Positions 7,804 to 17,054 of a stretch of 64,000 nucleotides of DNA are shown piece after piece. The stretch is from Oscillospiraceae bacterium (GTDB lineage: Bacteria; Bacillota; Clostridia; Oscillospirales; Ruminococcaceae), in NCBI GenBank assembly GCA_017399625.1, contig JAFQBT010000094.1:6063-70062 (forward strand), in the 5' to 3' direction. How positions within the stretch are numbered: the stretch's first letter is position 1; each line of letters begins with the position of its first letter. A program made the translations under genes and the position numbers. The notes under the pieces are model-generated. The model saw nothing but the letters and a program-made list of their open reading frames with translations. It made no database searches and was not told the origin of the DNA.

Positions 7804-9636
7804 ATGAAACACGAAATTCTTGAAAGCATAAAGCTTGCGGGCGATGTTAAAAAACTGAATAAAGAACAGCTCGAAGGGCTTTGCGCTGAACTTCGTGATG
7901 AAATCATCGAAAAAGTTTCGGAAACCGGCGGACATCTTGCTTCCAATCTCGGCGCAGTCGAGCTTACTGTCGCCCTGCACTACGTTTTTGATTCACCGAA
8001 TGAACCCATAATCTGGGACGTCGGTCACCAGTGCTACAGCCATAAAATCCTTACAGGACGCGATATTACCGGAATCCGCACCGAAGGCGGACTTTCCGGA
8101 TTCCCCAAATCTTCCGAAAGCGAGCACGATCTTTTTGTTGCCGGCCATGCGAGCACTTCCATTTCCGCCGCATTGGGAATTGCGGAAGCAAAAAAGATTT
8201 CCGGCGATGGAAATTCCGTTGTTGCGATGGTCGGAGACGGAGCCTGTTCCGGCGGAATGATCTATGAAGCGCTCAATAACGCCGGAAGAAGCGGAACGAA
8301 TCTTGTTGTCGTGCTCAACGATAACGAAATGAGCATTTCACCCAACGTCGGCGCAATGGCAAAATATCTTGCGAATATCCGTTCTAAAGAGGGATATTTC
8401 CGTTTTAAAGACAAAATGGAGCATTTTCTGCTTGGTATTCCGGCTATCGGCAAAGGAATTTTCAATATTCTGCGCCATATAAAAACCTTTTTCAAGGATT
8501 ATTTTTATTCCAGCAACACTTTTGAGCATTTTGGTTTCACATATCTCGGTCCGGTTGACGGACATGATATCCAGATGCTCATCCGAACCCTTCACCGTGC
8601 TCAGAGCATAAAAAGGCCCGTTCTTGTGCATATCAACACCGTTAAAGGAAAAGGATACGGACCCGCGGAAAAGAATCCTTCAAAATTCCACGGCGTTGCG
8701 CCTTTTGATAAAGAAACCGGCGAACTGAAAAAAGAATCCGGAGATTCTTTTTCTTCCGCCTTCGGCAGAACCATCTGCAGACTTGCGGAAAAAGACGATA
8801 AAATCTGCGCGATAACAGCCGCAATGGCCGACGGAACAGGTCTTCGTGAGTTTTCCGAAAGATTCCGCGATCGCTTTTTCGACGTAGGAATCGCGGAAGA
8901 GCATGCAATGACCTTTGCCGCAGGTCTTTCCGCCGGCGGAATGAAACCTGTTTTCGCCGTTTATTCCACCTTTCTCCAGAGGGTTTATGACCAGATTCTC
9001 CACGATGCTTCCATTGAACCGAAGCATGTTGTCATCGGTATTGACCGTGCAGGAATTGTCGGCGGAGACGGGGAGACCCATCAGGGAACTTTTGATATCC
9101 CGATTCTCACAACTATTCCCGGAACGACGATTTACTGTCCTTCGGACTATGCTGAACTTGAAAAAGATCTTGAAGCCGCTTTTGATTCCGAAGGCGTTCA
9201 GGCTGTTCGCTATCCGCGCGACTGCGAAAAAGCTGTTCCGGAAAAATTCACCGCGGAATACGGCGATTTTGATTATTTTGAAGGAAATTCCGACTGTTTA
9301 ATCGTCGCTTACGGAAGACTTTTTATCGAAGCAGCTTTTGCTGCAAACGAAACCGGAGCTTCCGTGCTCAAAATCGGAAAAGTTTTTCCCCTTGAGCATA
9401 AGCTCATCGAAATCGCAAAAAAATATAAAAATATATTTTTCTTCGAGGAATCCGTTGAATTCGGAAGTATTGCCGAGCATTTCGGAAACGAACTTTCCAA
9501 ATCCGGATTTGATGGAAACTATAAAATCCATTGCGTAAGCGGCTTTGTTCCGCATATGAAAGTTGAAAATGCGATGAAAAAACACGGTCTTGACCGCGAA
9601 TCCATGATAAATGCCGTTAAGGAGACTTTGAAATGA
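7804..9636 (+). CDS. dxs: 1-deoxy-D-xylulose-5-phosphate synthase
   Basis: 610 aa. Motifs: GGHLASNLGAVELTVALH, WDVGHQCY, the TPP-binding GDGACSGGMIYEALNNAG, and IAEEHAMTFAAG. Confidence 0.95.
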   Translation: MKHEILESIKLAGDVKKLNKEQLEGLCAELRDEIIEKVSETGGHLASNLGAVELTVALHYVFDSPNEPIIWDVGHQCYSHKILTGRDITGIRTEGGLSGFPKSSESEHDLFVAGHASTSISAALGIAEAKKISGDGNSVVAMVGDGACSGGMIYEALNNAGRSGTNLVVVLNDNEMSISPNVGAMAKYLANIRSKEGYFRFKDKMEHFLLGIPAIGKGIFNILRHIKTFFKDYFYSSNTFEHFGFTYLGPVDGHDIQMLIRTLHRAQSIKRPVLVHINTVKGKGYGPAEKNPSKFHGVAPFDKETGELKKESGDSFSSAFGRTICRLAEKDDKICAITAAMADGTGLREFSERFRDRFFDVGIAEEHAMTFAAGLSAGGMKPVFAVYSTFLQRVYDQILHDASIEPKHVVIGIDRAGIVGGDGETHQGTFDIPILTTIPGTTIYCPSDYAELEKDLEAAFDSEGVQAVRYPRDCEKAVPEKFTAEYGDFDYFEGNSDCLIVAYGRLFIEAAFAANETGASVLKIGKVFPLEHKLIEIAKKYKNIFFFEESVEFGSIAEHFGNELSKSGFDGNYKIHCVSGFVPHMKVENAMKKHGLDRESMINAVKETLK

Positions 9637-10439
9637 GCGAAAAACAGCGTCTTGACGCAGAACTTGTTGCAAGAGGAATAATTCAGAGCCGCGAACAGGC
9701 AAAAGCGGCAATTATGGCGGGACAGGTTTATGTCAACAACCAGAAGGCCGATAAAGCCGGTGAATCCGTTTCTCCCGAAGATAAAATTGAATTCCGCGGC
9801 GAAAAACTTGCTTATGTAAGCCGCGGCGGTCTTAAACTTGAAAAAGCAATGGAGCTTTACGGCTTCAAGCTTGATAACAAAATCTGTATGGACGTAGGCG
9901 CTTCCACCGGAGGTTTTACCGACTGCATGCTCCAGAAAGGCGCAACAAAGGTTTATTCCATCGACGTTGGCTACGGTCAGCTCGCATGGAAGCTCCGCCA
10001 GGACGAAAGAGTTGTTAATCTTGAACGCACCAACGTCCGCTATATCACCAAAGAACAGGTTCCGGATATTGTTGATTTCGTCAGCATCGACGTTTCTTTT
10101 ATCTCCCTTGGACTTGTTATTCCTGTTCTCGTTCCGTTTCTTTCCGACGAAGCGATGATGGTCTGCCTTGTCAAACCCCAGTTTGAGGCAGGCAAGGATA
10201 AGGTCGGAAAACATGGCGTAGTGCGCGATCCCGCAACCCATATTGAGGTTCTTGAACGGGCAGTCGGATTTGCAAAAAACGCAGGATTCGGCATCGTCGG
10301 ACTTGAATTTTCTCCTATCAAGGGACCCCAGGGCAACATTGAATATCTTATGGTGCTCACCAGAAAAGAACCTGAACTCAGCGTAACTTCCGAAGAGATA
10401 AAAACTCTTGTGGAATCTTCCCATAACGAACTTGACTGA
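9633..10439 (+). CDS. tlyA: TlyA-family rRNA 2'-O-methyltransferase (S4 domain + FtsJ-like)
   Basis: RLDAELVARG...SREQAKAAIMAGQVYVN (S4 domain), YVSRGGLKLEKA, and DVGASTGGFTDC (SAM motif). Confidence 0.9.
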   Translation: MSEKQRLDAELVARGIIQSREQAKAAIMAGQVYVNNQKADKAGESVSPEDKIEFRGEKLAYVSRGGLKLEKAMELYGFKLDNKICMDVGASTGGFTDCMLQKGATKVYSIDVGYGQLAWKLRQDERVVNLERTNVRYITKEQVPDIVDFVSIDVSFISLGLVIPVLVPFLSDEAMMVCLVKPQFEAGKDKVGKHGVVRDPATHIEVLERAVGFAKNAGFGIVGLEFSPIKGPQGNIEYLMVLTRKEPELSVTSEEIKTLVESSHNELD

Positions 10440-10461
10440 ACCGAAAGGAGGATTTCCGGTT

Positions 10462-11343
10462 TTGAAAAAAAGCGAAAAAATAAAGCTTCGCCGGGGAAAA
10501 TCGAAGGCATTCGTCTTTGCAAATCTTATAAGACCGAACGTGTTTCCCTGCGCAGAAAAGCTTGTTGAAATACTTGTAAAAAACAGAATCGAAACCTATA
10601 TGGATCCCGGCGCGGAAAGCTATCTTTCCGTTCCGGAAATAATCTATTCCGAACCGGATAAAGTTCTTCCGGAGGTTGATATCGTCTTTATTGTGGGCGG
10701 CGACGGAACTATTCTCCGCGCTGCAAAAAACGCAATAGTTTACGATAAGCCTATAATCGGAATCAATGCCGGAAGGCTTGGTTTCCTTTCGGATATCGAA
10801 GCTGAAAGCCTTTCCGAAATCGGAAAACTTTTCAAGGAAGGCTGCCCGGTTGAAAAAAGGACCGTTCTCGATATAAATATCGGCGAACACAGCACTTTTG
10901 CCATCAACGACGTTTTTGTAAGCAAATCCGAACCGGGAAAAATCGCCGAACTTTTTGTTGAATGCAACGGTCACGAAGTCTGCCGTTACCGCGCAGACGC
11001 AATCGTTCTTTCAACTCCGGATGGTTCCACCGCATATTCAATGTCCGCAGGCGGTCCGGTACTTGATACAAACCTCAATGCGATTATAATGACTCCGGTA
11101 TGTCCGCATTCGCTGATTTCCTGCTCGGTTGTTTTTTCTCCGGAAAAAGTTATAACCGTCGGTTCCTCTCTTAACGGAGGGGAAAAGGATCTTGACGTTG
11201 TGGTTGACGGCGAAAAGATGTTCACACTCAAAAAAGACGAAAAACTTTCGGTAAAATGCTCCGAAAAATCTGTAAAGTTTATTAACTTGTCAGGAAGAGG
11301 ATTTTACGAAGTTCTCAACCAGAAAATTATTGGAAGAAGATAA
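10462..11343 (+). CDS. nadK: NAD kinase
   Basis: Motifs: GGDGTILRAA, GINAGRLGFL, STPDGSTAYSMSAGGP. AAAGGAGGA precedes TTG 10462. The track start at 10408 lies inside tlyA. Confidence 0.9.
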   Translation: MKKSEKIKLRRGKSKAFVFANLIRPNVFPCAEKLVEILVKNRIETYMDPGAESYLSVPEIIYSEPDKVLPEVDIVFIVGGDGTILRAAKNAIVYDKPIIGINAGRLGFLSDIEAESLSEIGKLFKEGCPVEKRTVLDINIGEHSTFAINDVFVSKSEPGKIAELFVECNGHEVCRYRADAIVLSTPDGSTAYSMSAGGPVLDTNLNAIIMTPVCPHSLISCSVVFSPEKVITVGSSLNGGEKDLDVVVDGEKMFTLKKDEKLSVKCSEKSVKFINLSGRGFYEVLNQKIIGRR

Positions 11344-11357
11344 AAGGGGACAGAAAA

Positions 11358-11807
11358 ATGAAAACAAAAAGACATTCCAAAATTCTTGAACTTATTTCCG
11401 AAAAAGATATTGCAACCCAGGAAGATCTCCTTGTTTATCTTCGCGAAAGCGGTTTTGACGTAACCCAGGCAACTGTTTCCCGCGATATCAAAGAACTCCG
11501 CCTTGTCAAAACAATGGTAAGCGACGGAAAATACCGCTATTCTCCCGCTTCTTCCGACAGCAATTCCGACGTCAGCACCAAATATGCGGTTTTCAGCCAG
11601 TCCGCAAAAAGCGTTGATTACGCAAACAACATGATCGTCATCAAATGCTATACCGGCATGGCAAGCGCCGCCTGCGCAGTTCTTGACGCAATGAACCACG
11701 AAGGCGTAGTCGGAACTCTTGCCGGCGACGACACTATCTTTGTGCTCATGCGCGACGAAAAAATGGCGGTTTCTCTTGTTGATACCGTAAGAAAACTCAT
11801 CGACTGA
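11358..11807 (+). CDS. argR: Arginine repressor
   Basis: 149 aa. Winged-helix N-terminus (RHSKILELI...IATQEDL...GFDVTQATVSRDIKEL) and a C-terminal GTLAGDDTIFV motif. Confidence 0.92.
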   Translation: MKTKRHSKILELISEKDIATQEDLLVYLRESGFDVTQATVSRDIKELRLVKTMVSDGKYRYSPASSDSNSDVSTKYAVFSQSAKSVDYANNMIVIKCYTGMASAACAVLDAMNHEGVVGTLAGDDTIFVLMRDEKMAVSLVDTVRKLID

Positions 11808-11840
11808 TAAATCCACGCTGAAAGGAGGGACCTGCGAAAA

Positions 11841-13499
11841 ATGCTTTCCCAGCTTTTCATTAAAAATATTGCGGTTATCGAAAGCGCATCCATAGATTTT
11901 GAAAACGGATTCAACGTTTTTACCGGCGAAACCGGCGCAGGTAAATCCATTCTCATCGACTCAATCAATGCGGTGCTCGGCGGAAGAACAAGCCGTGATT
12001 TAGTCCGAAACGGCGAAGGAAAAGCAATTGTTTCCGCTGTTTTCACCGATATCTCAAAAGACGCCGAGGCTGTTCTTGAGGAACTCGGCTATGATATTGA
12101 GGACGAACTTCTGATTTCCCGGGAAATTTCCGCGGAAGGAAAAAGCATCTGCAAAGTAAATATGCGTCCTGCAACCGCAGGCGTGCTCAAGCAGCTTTCC
12201 TCCGTGCTCATCGACGTTCACGGACAGCACGACAGCGCCGTTCTGCAGAATCCGGAACTCCACATCGGTTACATAGATTCCTTCGGAAATACCGGAAACG
12301 AGATTTCCGAATACCGGGAATCCTATAAAAAGCTCAGATCCGTTGAGCGTGAAATCAAAAAAATCATCAATGACGATTCCGATAAAACCGCAAGAATCGA
12401 TATGCTTAAATTCCAGATCGGCGAAATCGAAGCGGCTGCAATCGAGGAAGGCGAGGAGGACGAGCTCCTTGCACTGAGCAAGCGCATCAAAAGCGCCGAA
12501 AACATCATGGAGCTTATTTCCGAAACCATCGGCGCACTTGACGGAAACTGCGAAAACGAAGGCGCTCTCGAGGGTCTTTCCACAGCAATTGAAAACTGCG
12601 CAAGGCTTGCGGAATTTTTTCCGCAGTACGAAGGTCTTTCCGAAAAGTTCAAGGAAATGTACTATGAATTCGAGGAATTCGCAAACGATGTGAAAGATAA
12701 TGCAGACGAGCTGGATTTTGACCCCGCTCTCCAGAACAGAACGGAGCGCCGCCTTGACCAGATTTTCCGCCTTAAACGCAAATACGGCGGAAGCGTCGAG
12801 GAGATGTTCAGGTATTATCAGAAGGCTGTAAGCGAACTTGAAAATATAGAATTTTCCGAAGAACGCCTTGAAAAGCTCCAAAAGGAGCAGAAAGAGCTTT
12901 TTGCCGAAACCGCAGAACTTGCCGAAGTTCTTTCAAAAAAGCGCCGCAAAGCCGCAGAGGCTTTTGAAACGGCGGTTGCCGGCGAACTTTCTTACCTCAA
13001 TATGCCCAACGTCCGTTTCAAGGTCAATTTTGAGGAAAATGAATTCACCGATTCCGGCAAGGATAATCTTGAATTTTATATTGCAACAAACGCAGGCGAC
13101 CCGCTCAAGCCTCTTACAAAAATCGCTTCCGGCGGCGAACTTTCAAGAATCATGCTCAGCATAAAGAACGTTCTTGCGGATAACGATAACGTTGATACCC
13201 TTATTTTTGACGAGGTCGATACCGGAATTTCCGGTTCCGCCGCGCAGAAAGTCGGACAGAAACTTAAACAGGTTTCCGGCGGAAGGCAGATTATCTGCGT
13301 GACCCATCTTGCGCAGGTTGCGGCTTTTGCCGATAACCACCTTCTTATTTCCAAGAGCACCGAAGGCGGAAAAACCTTCACTTCCGTTGAAAGCCTTGGA
13401 AAAGAGGGCAGGATCAACGAACTTGCAAGAATCATGGGCGGAACCATGACCGATGCTCTCCGAAAGAGTGCTGAGGAACTTCTCGAGCTTTCAAAATAA
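11841..13499 (+). CDS. recN: DNA repair protein RecN
   Basis: 552 aa. Walker A GETGAGKS, a long coiled-coil middle section, a C-terminal ASGGELSRIML signature and LIFDEVDTGISG. Confidence 0.95.
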   Translation: MLSQLFIKNIAVIESASIDFENGFNVFTGETGAGKSILIDSINAVLGGRTSRDLVRNGEGKAIVSAVFTDISKDAEAVLEELGYDIEDELLISREISAEGKSICKVNMRPATAGVLKQLSSVLIDVHGQHDSAVLQNPELHIGYIDSFGNTGNEISEYRESYKKLRSVEREIKKIINDDSDKTARIDMLKFQIGEIEAAAIEEGEEDELLALSKRIKSAENIMELISETIGALDGNCENEGALEGLSTAIENCARLAEFFPQYEGLSEKFKEMYYEFEEFANDVKDNADELDFDPALQNRTERRLDQIFRLKRKYGGSVEEMFRYYQKAVSELENIEFSEERLEKLQKEQKELFAETAELAEVLSKKRRKAAEAFETAVAGELSYLNMPNVRFKVNFEENEFTDSGKDNLEFYIATNAGDPLKPLTKIASGGELSRIMLSIKNVLADNDNVDTLIFDEVDTGISGSAAQKVGQKLKQVSGGRQIICVTHLAQVAAFADNHLLISKSTEGGKTFTSVESLGKEGRINELARIMGGTMTDALRKSAEELLELSK

Positions 13500-13501
13500 G
13501 G

Positions 13502-13530
13502 TTGACAAAGCCGTTTTTATGCGTTATAAT
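13502..13530 (+). promoter_or_regulatory. Consensus sigma-A promoter driving the T-box leader
   Basis: TTGACA (13502-13507), exactly 17 nt, TATAAT (13525-13530). Confidence 0.8.
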
Positions 13531-13536
13531 TCGAAC

Positions 13537-13786
13537 ATATTGCAAAAAGCTATGAAGGAAAAAAGTAGCCTTGTTCCATGCGGCAAAGAGAGCTTTCGGC
13601 TGGTGTAAGAAAGCAGGCAGAACAAACGCGAATACATTCCCGAGCCATAATTCCGAAAAAGATAAAGTAGGTTTTATCCGGTGCGCCGGTTACAGCGCTT
13701 TAAAGGTCAGCTTTTGCTGACGAACCAGAGGTGGTACCGCGCTAATTCGCCCTCTGTCGGTTTTTGCCGACGGAGGGATTTTTTTA
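13537..13786 (+). promoter_or_regulatory. T-box leader (tRNA-Tyr, specifier UAC) with terminator
   Basis: AGUA and AGAGAG stem-I elements. GAA-UAC-A specifier context (UAC at 13633-13635). T-box core AGGTGGTACCGCG (13729-13741). Terminator stem 13750-13760/13767-13777 followed by T7. Confidence 0.85.
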
Positions 13787-13805
13787 TCCGAAAGAAGATG
13801 ACCAT

Positions 13806-14324
13806 ATGGGTACATACAGAATACTCGGTGATGTCATGGGCTCTCCGACGCATGACGGTGATAAAAGATATAGAGGACTTTACCGTTCCGAACCTTTTCC
13901 GGAAAATTCACCAGATAAAAGAATGCTTGAACTTTGGTACAAATATTGCAATAGTGAAAATGGTATCACGGATGAACTTTCTCTTGATGAATTGAAAGAA
14001 CTTGCAAAACTTTCTTCAGAAATTTCCGGAGAGGAATTTGAAGTTGTTTATGTAAGCCATGAAGGAACTTGCCCGCATAATTCCGTTTTTTATGGAATTG
14101 ACGTTTATCTAACATATGAAGATTCCTATCTCTGGTCTGGAATAGATTACATCCTCAAGATACATGAAAAATCCGCCAGCAAAATCAATTCAAATCTCCT
14201 TTTTGATAACATTGAAGATGCAAAAGAATTTTTTGATGAGGCTGAAAGATTGCGGAAAGAAAATCCCGAAAATTATGAACGCGGAGAAATGAAAATCTCT
14301 TATATTTTCAAAGTTCTCGATTGA
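13806..14324 (+). CDS. Hypothetical protein (A/T-rich orphan; no motif recognised)
   Basis: Open frame of 172 codons starting just after the T-box terminator. Composition is visibly more A/T-rich than the neighbours, and the RBS is weak. The track start at 13764 lies inside the terminator hairpin. Confidence 0.55.
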   Translation: MGTYRILGDVMGSPTHDGDKRYRGLYRSEPFPENSPDKRMLELWYKYCNSENGITDELSLDELKELAKLSSEISGEEFEVVYVSHEGTCPHNSVFYGIDVYLTYEDSYLWSGIDYILKIHEKSASKINSNLLFDNIEDAKEFFDEAERLRKENPENYERGEMKISYIFKVLD

Positions 14325-14331
14325 GGTAACC

Positions 14332-14754
14332 ATGAAAAATTCTGCCATCGAAAATCTTTCGGAATTTATAATAATTATATATCCGGAATTTGTTGTAAGA
14401 TATGATGAAAACGATAATGAACTCGTTTTTCTTGATAACGGCAGCATTGAACGCGGAATTTATAAAATAAGCGACAAAACCCAATGCGAAGCCTTTGTTA
14501 ACCATTTTCATCTTTTTGATAAATTCCCGGAAAGCGAATTTGAAAAGGTTTTTGCAATCGGAGATAAAATCGCAAAAAATCTTATCCGCAGATTAGACGA
14601 ATGTTATCCGGATAAAAAATTTGTTGTCTATCTCGAAATCAGCCGCAAAGATTCCACCATAATCCGTTTTCATCAGTTATGGGAAAACGAACCGCCTTAT
14701 TTTGATATGACTTTCAAATATCCGGATACGGAGATTTTTGAATATAAAAATTAA
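14332..14754 (+). CDS. Hypothetical protein (A/T-rich orphan)
   Basis: 140-aa ORF 8 nt after the previous one, with GAGG before the ATG. Acidic, no TM, no motif recognised. Confidence 0.55.
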   Translation: MKNSAIENLSEFIIIIYPEFVVRYDENDNELVFLDNGSIERGIYKISDKTQCEAFVNHFHLFDKFPESEFEKVFAIGDKIAKNLIRRLDECYPDKKFVVYLEISRKDSTIIRFHQLWENEPPYFDMTFKYPDTEIFEYKN

Positions 14755-14793
14755 TGTAAAGCAAAAGTTTAAAATAAACGGAGGAAAACGAAA

Positions 14794-16017
14794 ATGACAA
14801 TTTATGAAGATCTTGAGCGCCGCGGCTTAATTGCCCAGATGACTCACCCGGAAGAAATCAAACGCAAACTCGAAAACGAAAAAGTTGTTTTCTACATCGG
14901 CTTCGATGCAACCGCAGACAGCCTTCATGTAGGACACTTCCTTCAGCTTATGGTCATCAACAGAATGATCAAAGCAGGCCACACCCCGATTCTTCTTCTC
15001 GGAACCGGCACTACCATGGTCGGCGACCCCACCGGTAAAACCGACATGAGAAAAATGCTTACTGTTGACGAGATCAACTATAACGCAGACCGCTTTCTTG
15101 AGCAGATGAACCAGATTGTTGACGTTTCCAAATGCATTGTTGCAAGAAACGGCGACTGGCTCCTCAAACTCGGTTATGTTGAACTTCTCCGCGATGTCGG
15201 TGCGCATTTTTCCGTTAACAAAATGCTCACCGCAGAATGCGTAAAAAGCCGTTTTGAACGCGGACTTACTTTCCTTGAATTCAACTACATGATCATGCAG
15301 AGTTATGACTTCCTCAAACTCTTCCGTGATTATAACTGCACCATGGAACTGGGCGGCGACGACCAGTGGTCCAACATCATCGGCGGTATCGAACTTGTCC
15401 GCCGTCTTGAACAGAAGGAAGTTCAGGGCATGACCTTCCAGCTTCTCACCACCAAAGAAGGCAAAAAGATGGGCAAAACCGAAGGCGGCGCAGTATGGCT
15501 CAACCCGACCAAAACCACTCCCTACGATTTCTTCCAGTATTGGAGAAACGTCGGCGACGATGACGTTATCAAATGCCTCAAATTCCTCACTTTCATTCCT
15601 GTTGAGGAAATTGAAGAGATGGAAAAAACTTTTGAAGGCGCAAATATCAACGCCTGCAAAGAGCGCCTTGCTTATGAAGTAACAAAAATCGTTCACGGCG
15701 AAGAAGAAGCGGAAAAAGCCCTTGAAGCCGCAAGAGCAATTTTCGCAGGAAAAGGCTCCAGCGAAAACATGCCCACCGTTTCTTTCACCGAAGCCGATTT
15801 TGCAGACGGCAAACTTGCTGTTACCGAAGCGCTCATCAGAGCTGAAATCGCAAAATCCAAAGGCGAAGGCAAACGCCTTATTGAACAGGGCGGCATCACC
15901 GTCAACGACGAAAAAATCACCGATGTTTTCGCAACCATCGACAGAAGCGCATTCGACGAAGGAGAAGTTATCCTTAAAAAAGGCAAAAAAATCTTCAAGA
16001 AACTTATCATCGAATAA
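14794..16017 (+). CDS. tyrS: Tyrosine--tRNA ligase
   Basis: 407 aa. HVGH (HIGH motif) and KMGKT (KMSKS motif), plus a C-terminal S4-like domain. ACGGAGGAAAA RBS. Confidence 0.96.
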   Translation: MTIYEDLERRGLIAQMTHPEEIKRKLENEKVVFYIGFDATADSLHVGHFLQLMVINRMIKAGHTPILLLGTGTTMVGDPTGKTDMRKMLTVDEINYNADRFLEQMNQIVDVSKCIVARNGDWLLKLGYVELLRDVGAHFSVNKMLTAECVKSRFERGLTFLEFNYMIMQSYDFLKLFRDYNCTMELGGDDQWSNIIGGIELVRRLEQKEVQGMTFQLLTTKEGKKMGKTEGGAVWLNPTKTTPYDFFQYWRNVGDDDVIKCLKFLTFIPVEEIEEMEKTFEGANINACKERLAYEVTKIVHGEEEAEKALEAARAIFAGKGSSENMPTVSFTEADFADGKLAVTEALIRAEIAKSKGEGKRLIEQGGITVNDEKITDVFATIDRSAFDEGEVILKKGKKIFKKLIIE

Positions 16018-16034
16018 GAAAATCAGAACCCATG

Positions 16035-16064
16035 GGTCCAGCCGAAAGGCGGGACCTTTTTTTC
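16035..16064 (+). terminator. Intrinsic terminator after tyrS
   Basis: GGTCC-GCC / GGC-GGACC stem around a GAAA loop, then T7 (16057-16063). Confidence 0.8.
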
Positions 16065-16115
16065 TTGCAAAAAACAGCTTTATAGTTTATTATTGAATTA
16101 CTTGAAACAAATGAG

Positions 16116-16670
16116 GTGGATTTTATGGCAACCGATTATTTTGAAATTACTTTGATACTTGATAAAAAACAGGCATCTGCCGAAAACGCTTATGAAAAAC
16201 TTTTATCAATCCTTGAAATGGTTAAGACCGATAACGAATATGACCCGGAATACGAATGCGAAAAAAGAAATTTTGTAGAGCACAAATACAATTTTTTCCG
16301 AAATCAGGAAGTTATAGCCGATCGGTTTGATTATGATGATGTCGATTTTTCCGAGTTGCGCATAAGTTTTACCGGGATTGATGTTAAAAAAGAAAATCTT
16401 GAGGAAACAATAAAATATATTTCTCCGCTGATTTCCGATTGTTTCAAATCCATTGATTCAATATGTTTCATAATCGGAATGTATGAAGGCGCATATCATT
16501 ATTTTCAGAATCTGAAAAATCTTTCGGAATTTGATAATAAACTTCTTTCAAAATTTCCTTTGCTCTTTTTCAGAAAAGAAAACCGTTCTTTTAAAACTTT
16601 TATGCGTTTTGGTAACTTTATCTGCGTATATAACGATTATAACACGCAGGATATTTTTATTATTGAATAA
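16116..16670 (+). CDS. Hypothetical protein (A/T-rich orphan)
   Basis: 184-aa ORF with its own terminator. Acidic and Phe/Asn/Tyr-rich. No recognisable catalytic motif. Confidence 0.55.
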   Translation: MDFMATDYFEITLILDKKQASAENAYEKLLSILEMVKTDNEYDPEYECEKRNFVEHKYNFFRNQEVIADRFDYDDVDFSELRISFTGIDVKKENLEETIKYISPLISDCFKSIDSICFIIGMYEGAYHYFQNLKNLSEFDNKLLSKFPLLFFRKENRSFKTFMRFGNFICVYNDYNTQDIFIIE

Positions 16671-16681
16671 TTTTAAAAAGA

Positions 16682-16708
16682 GCGTGCTCAGATGAGCACG
16701 CCTTTTTT
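16682..16708 (+). terminator. Intrinsic terminator
   Basis: GCGTGCTC (16682-16689) pairs with GAGCACGC (16694-16701) around an AGAT loop, then TTTTTT. Confidence 0.85.
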
Positions 16709-16793
16709 ATGTTCCGATTTTGCCAAAAGAATGTTTTTGTGGAAATATATATAAAAATATGCTATAATAAATTTATATTATATTTAAAGGACG

Positions 16794-17054
16794 GTGCATT
16801 TTTTGAAAAAGAAATTTCTGATGCTTTCCGCAGTTTCTTTTATCTCTGCACTTCTTATTTTTATTCTTACATATTTTTTGTTCCATTACTGGACCCCCGA
16901 AGGATTTTCGGCTGTTATGCAGGAAACTCCGCAGAAGCCTTTTGTAACTCTTCTTTTCGGAATCTGGGGAGTTTTTTTCTTCTTTTCCGGATTTATCAAC
17001 CTTTTTATTTCCGCAATATTCTTTTCCGGTAAAAATCAGAAAGCAGGGAAGTGA
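16794..17054 (+). CDS. Small two-TM membrane protein, translationally coupled to cobT
   Basis: 86 aa with two strongly hydrophobic helices. Its stop overlaps the cobT GTG start (GTGA). AAAGGACGG sits upstream of the start region. Confidence 0.55.
   Translation: MHFLKKKFLMLSAVSFISALLIFILTYFLFHYWTPEGFSAVMQETPQKPFVTLLFGIWGVFFFFSGFINLFISAIFFSGKNQKAGK

Noticed and set aside
13681-13995. A 104-aa plus-strand ORF, and the 13764 start of the neighbouring ORF, both overlapping the T-box.
   Set aside because: Both begin inside the structured T-box leader/terminator (T-box core 13729-13741, terminator 13750-13786). Translation from there is implausible.
16700-16800. Expected a cobalamin riboswitch upstream of the cob operon.
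   Set aside because: Only about 90 nt of very A/T-rich promoter-like DNA lies between the upstream terminator and the first ORF. No B12-box (rAGYCMGgAgaCCkGCc-like) or conserved stems are visible.
16709-17032. A 107-aa ORF overlapping the small membrane ORF in another frame.
   Set aside because: It starts inside the upstream terminator and promoter region, and has no RBS. The alternative frame (16794-17054) gives clean TM helices and is coupled to cobT.
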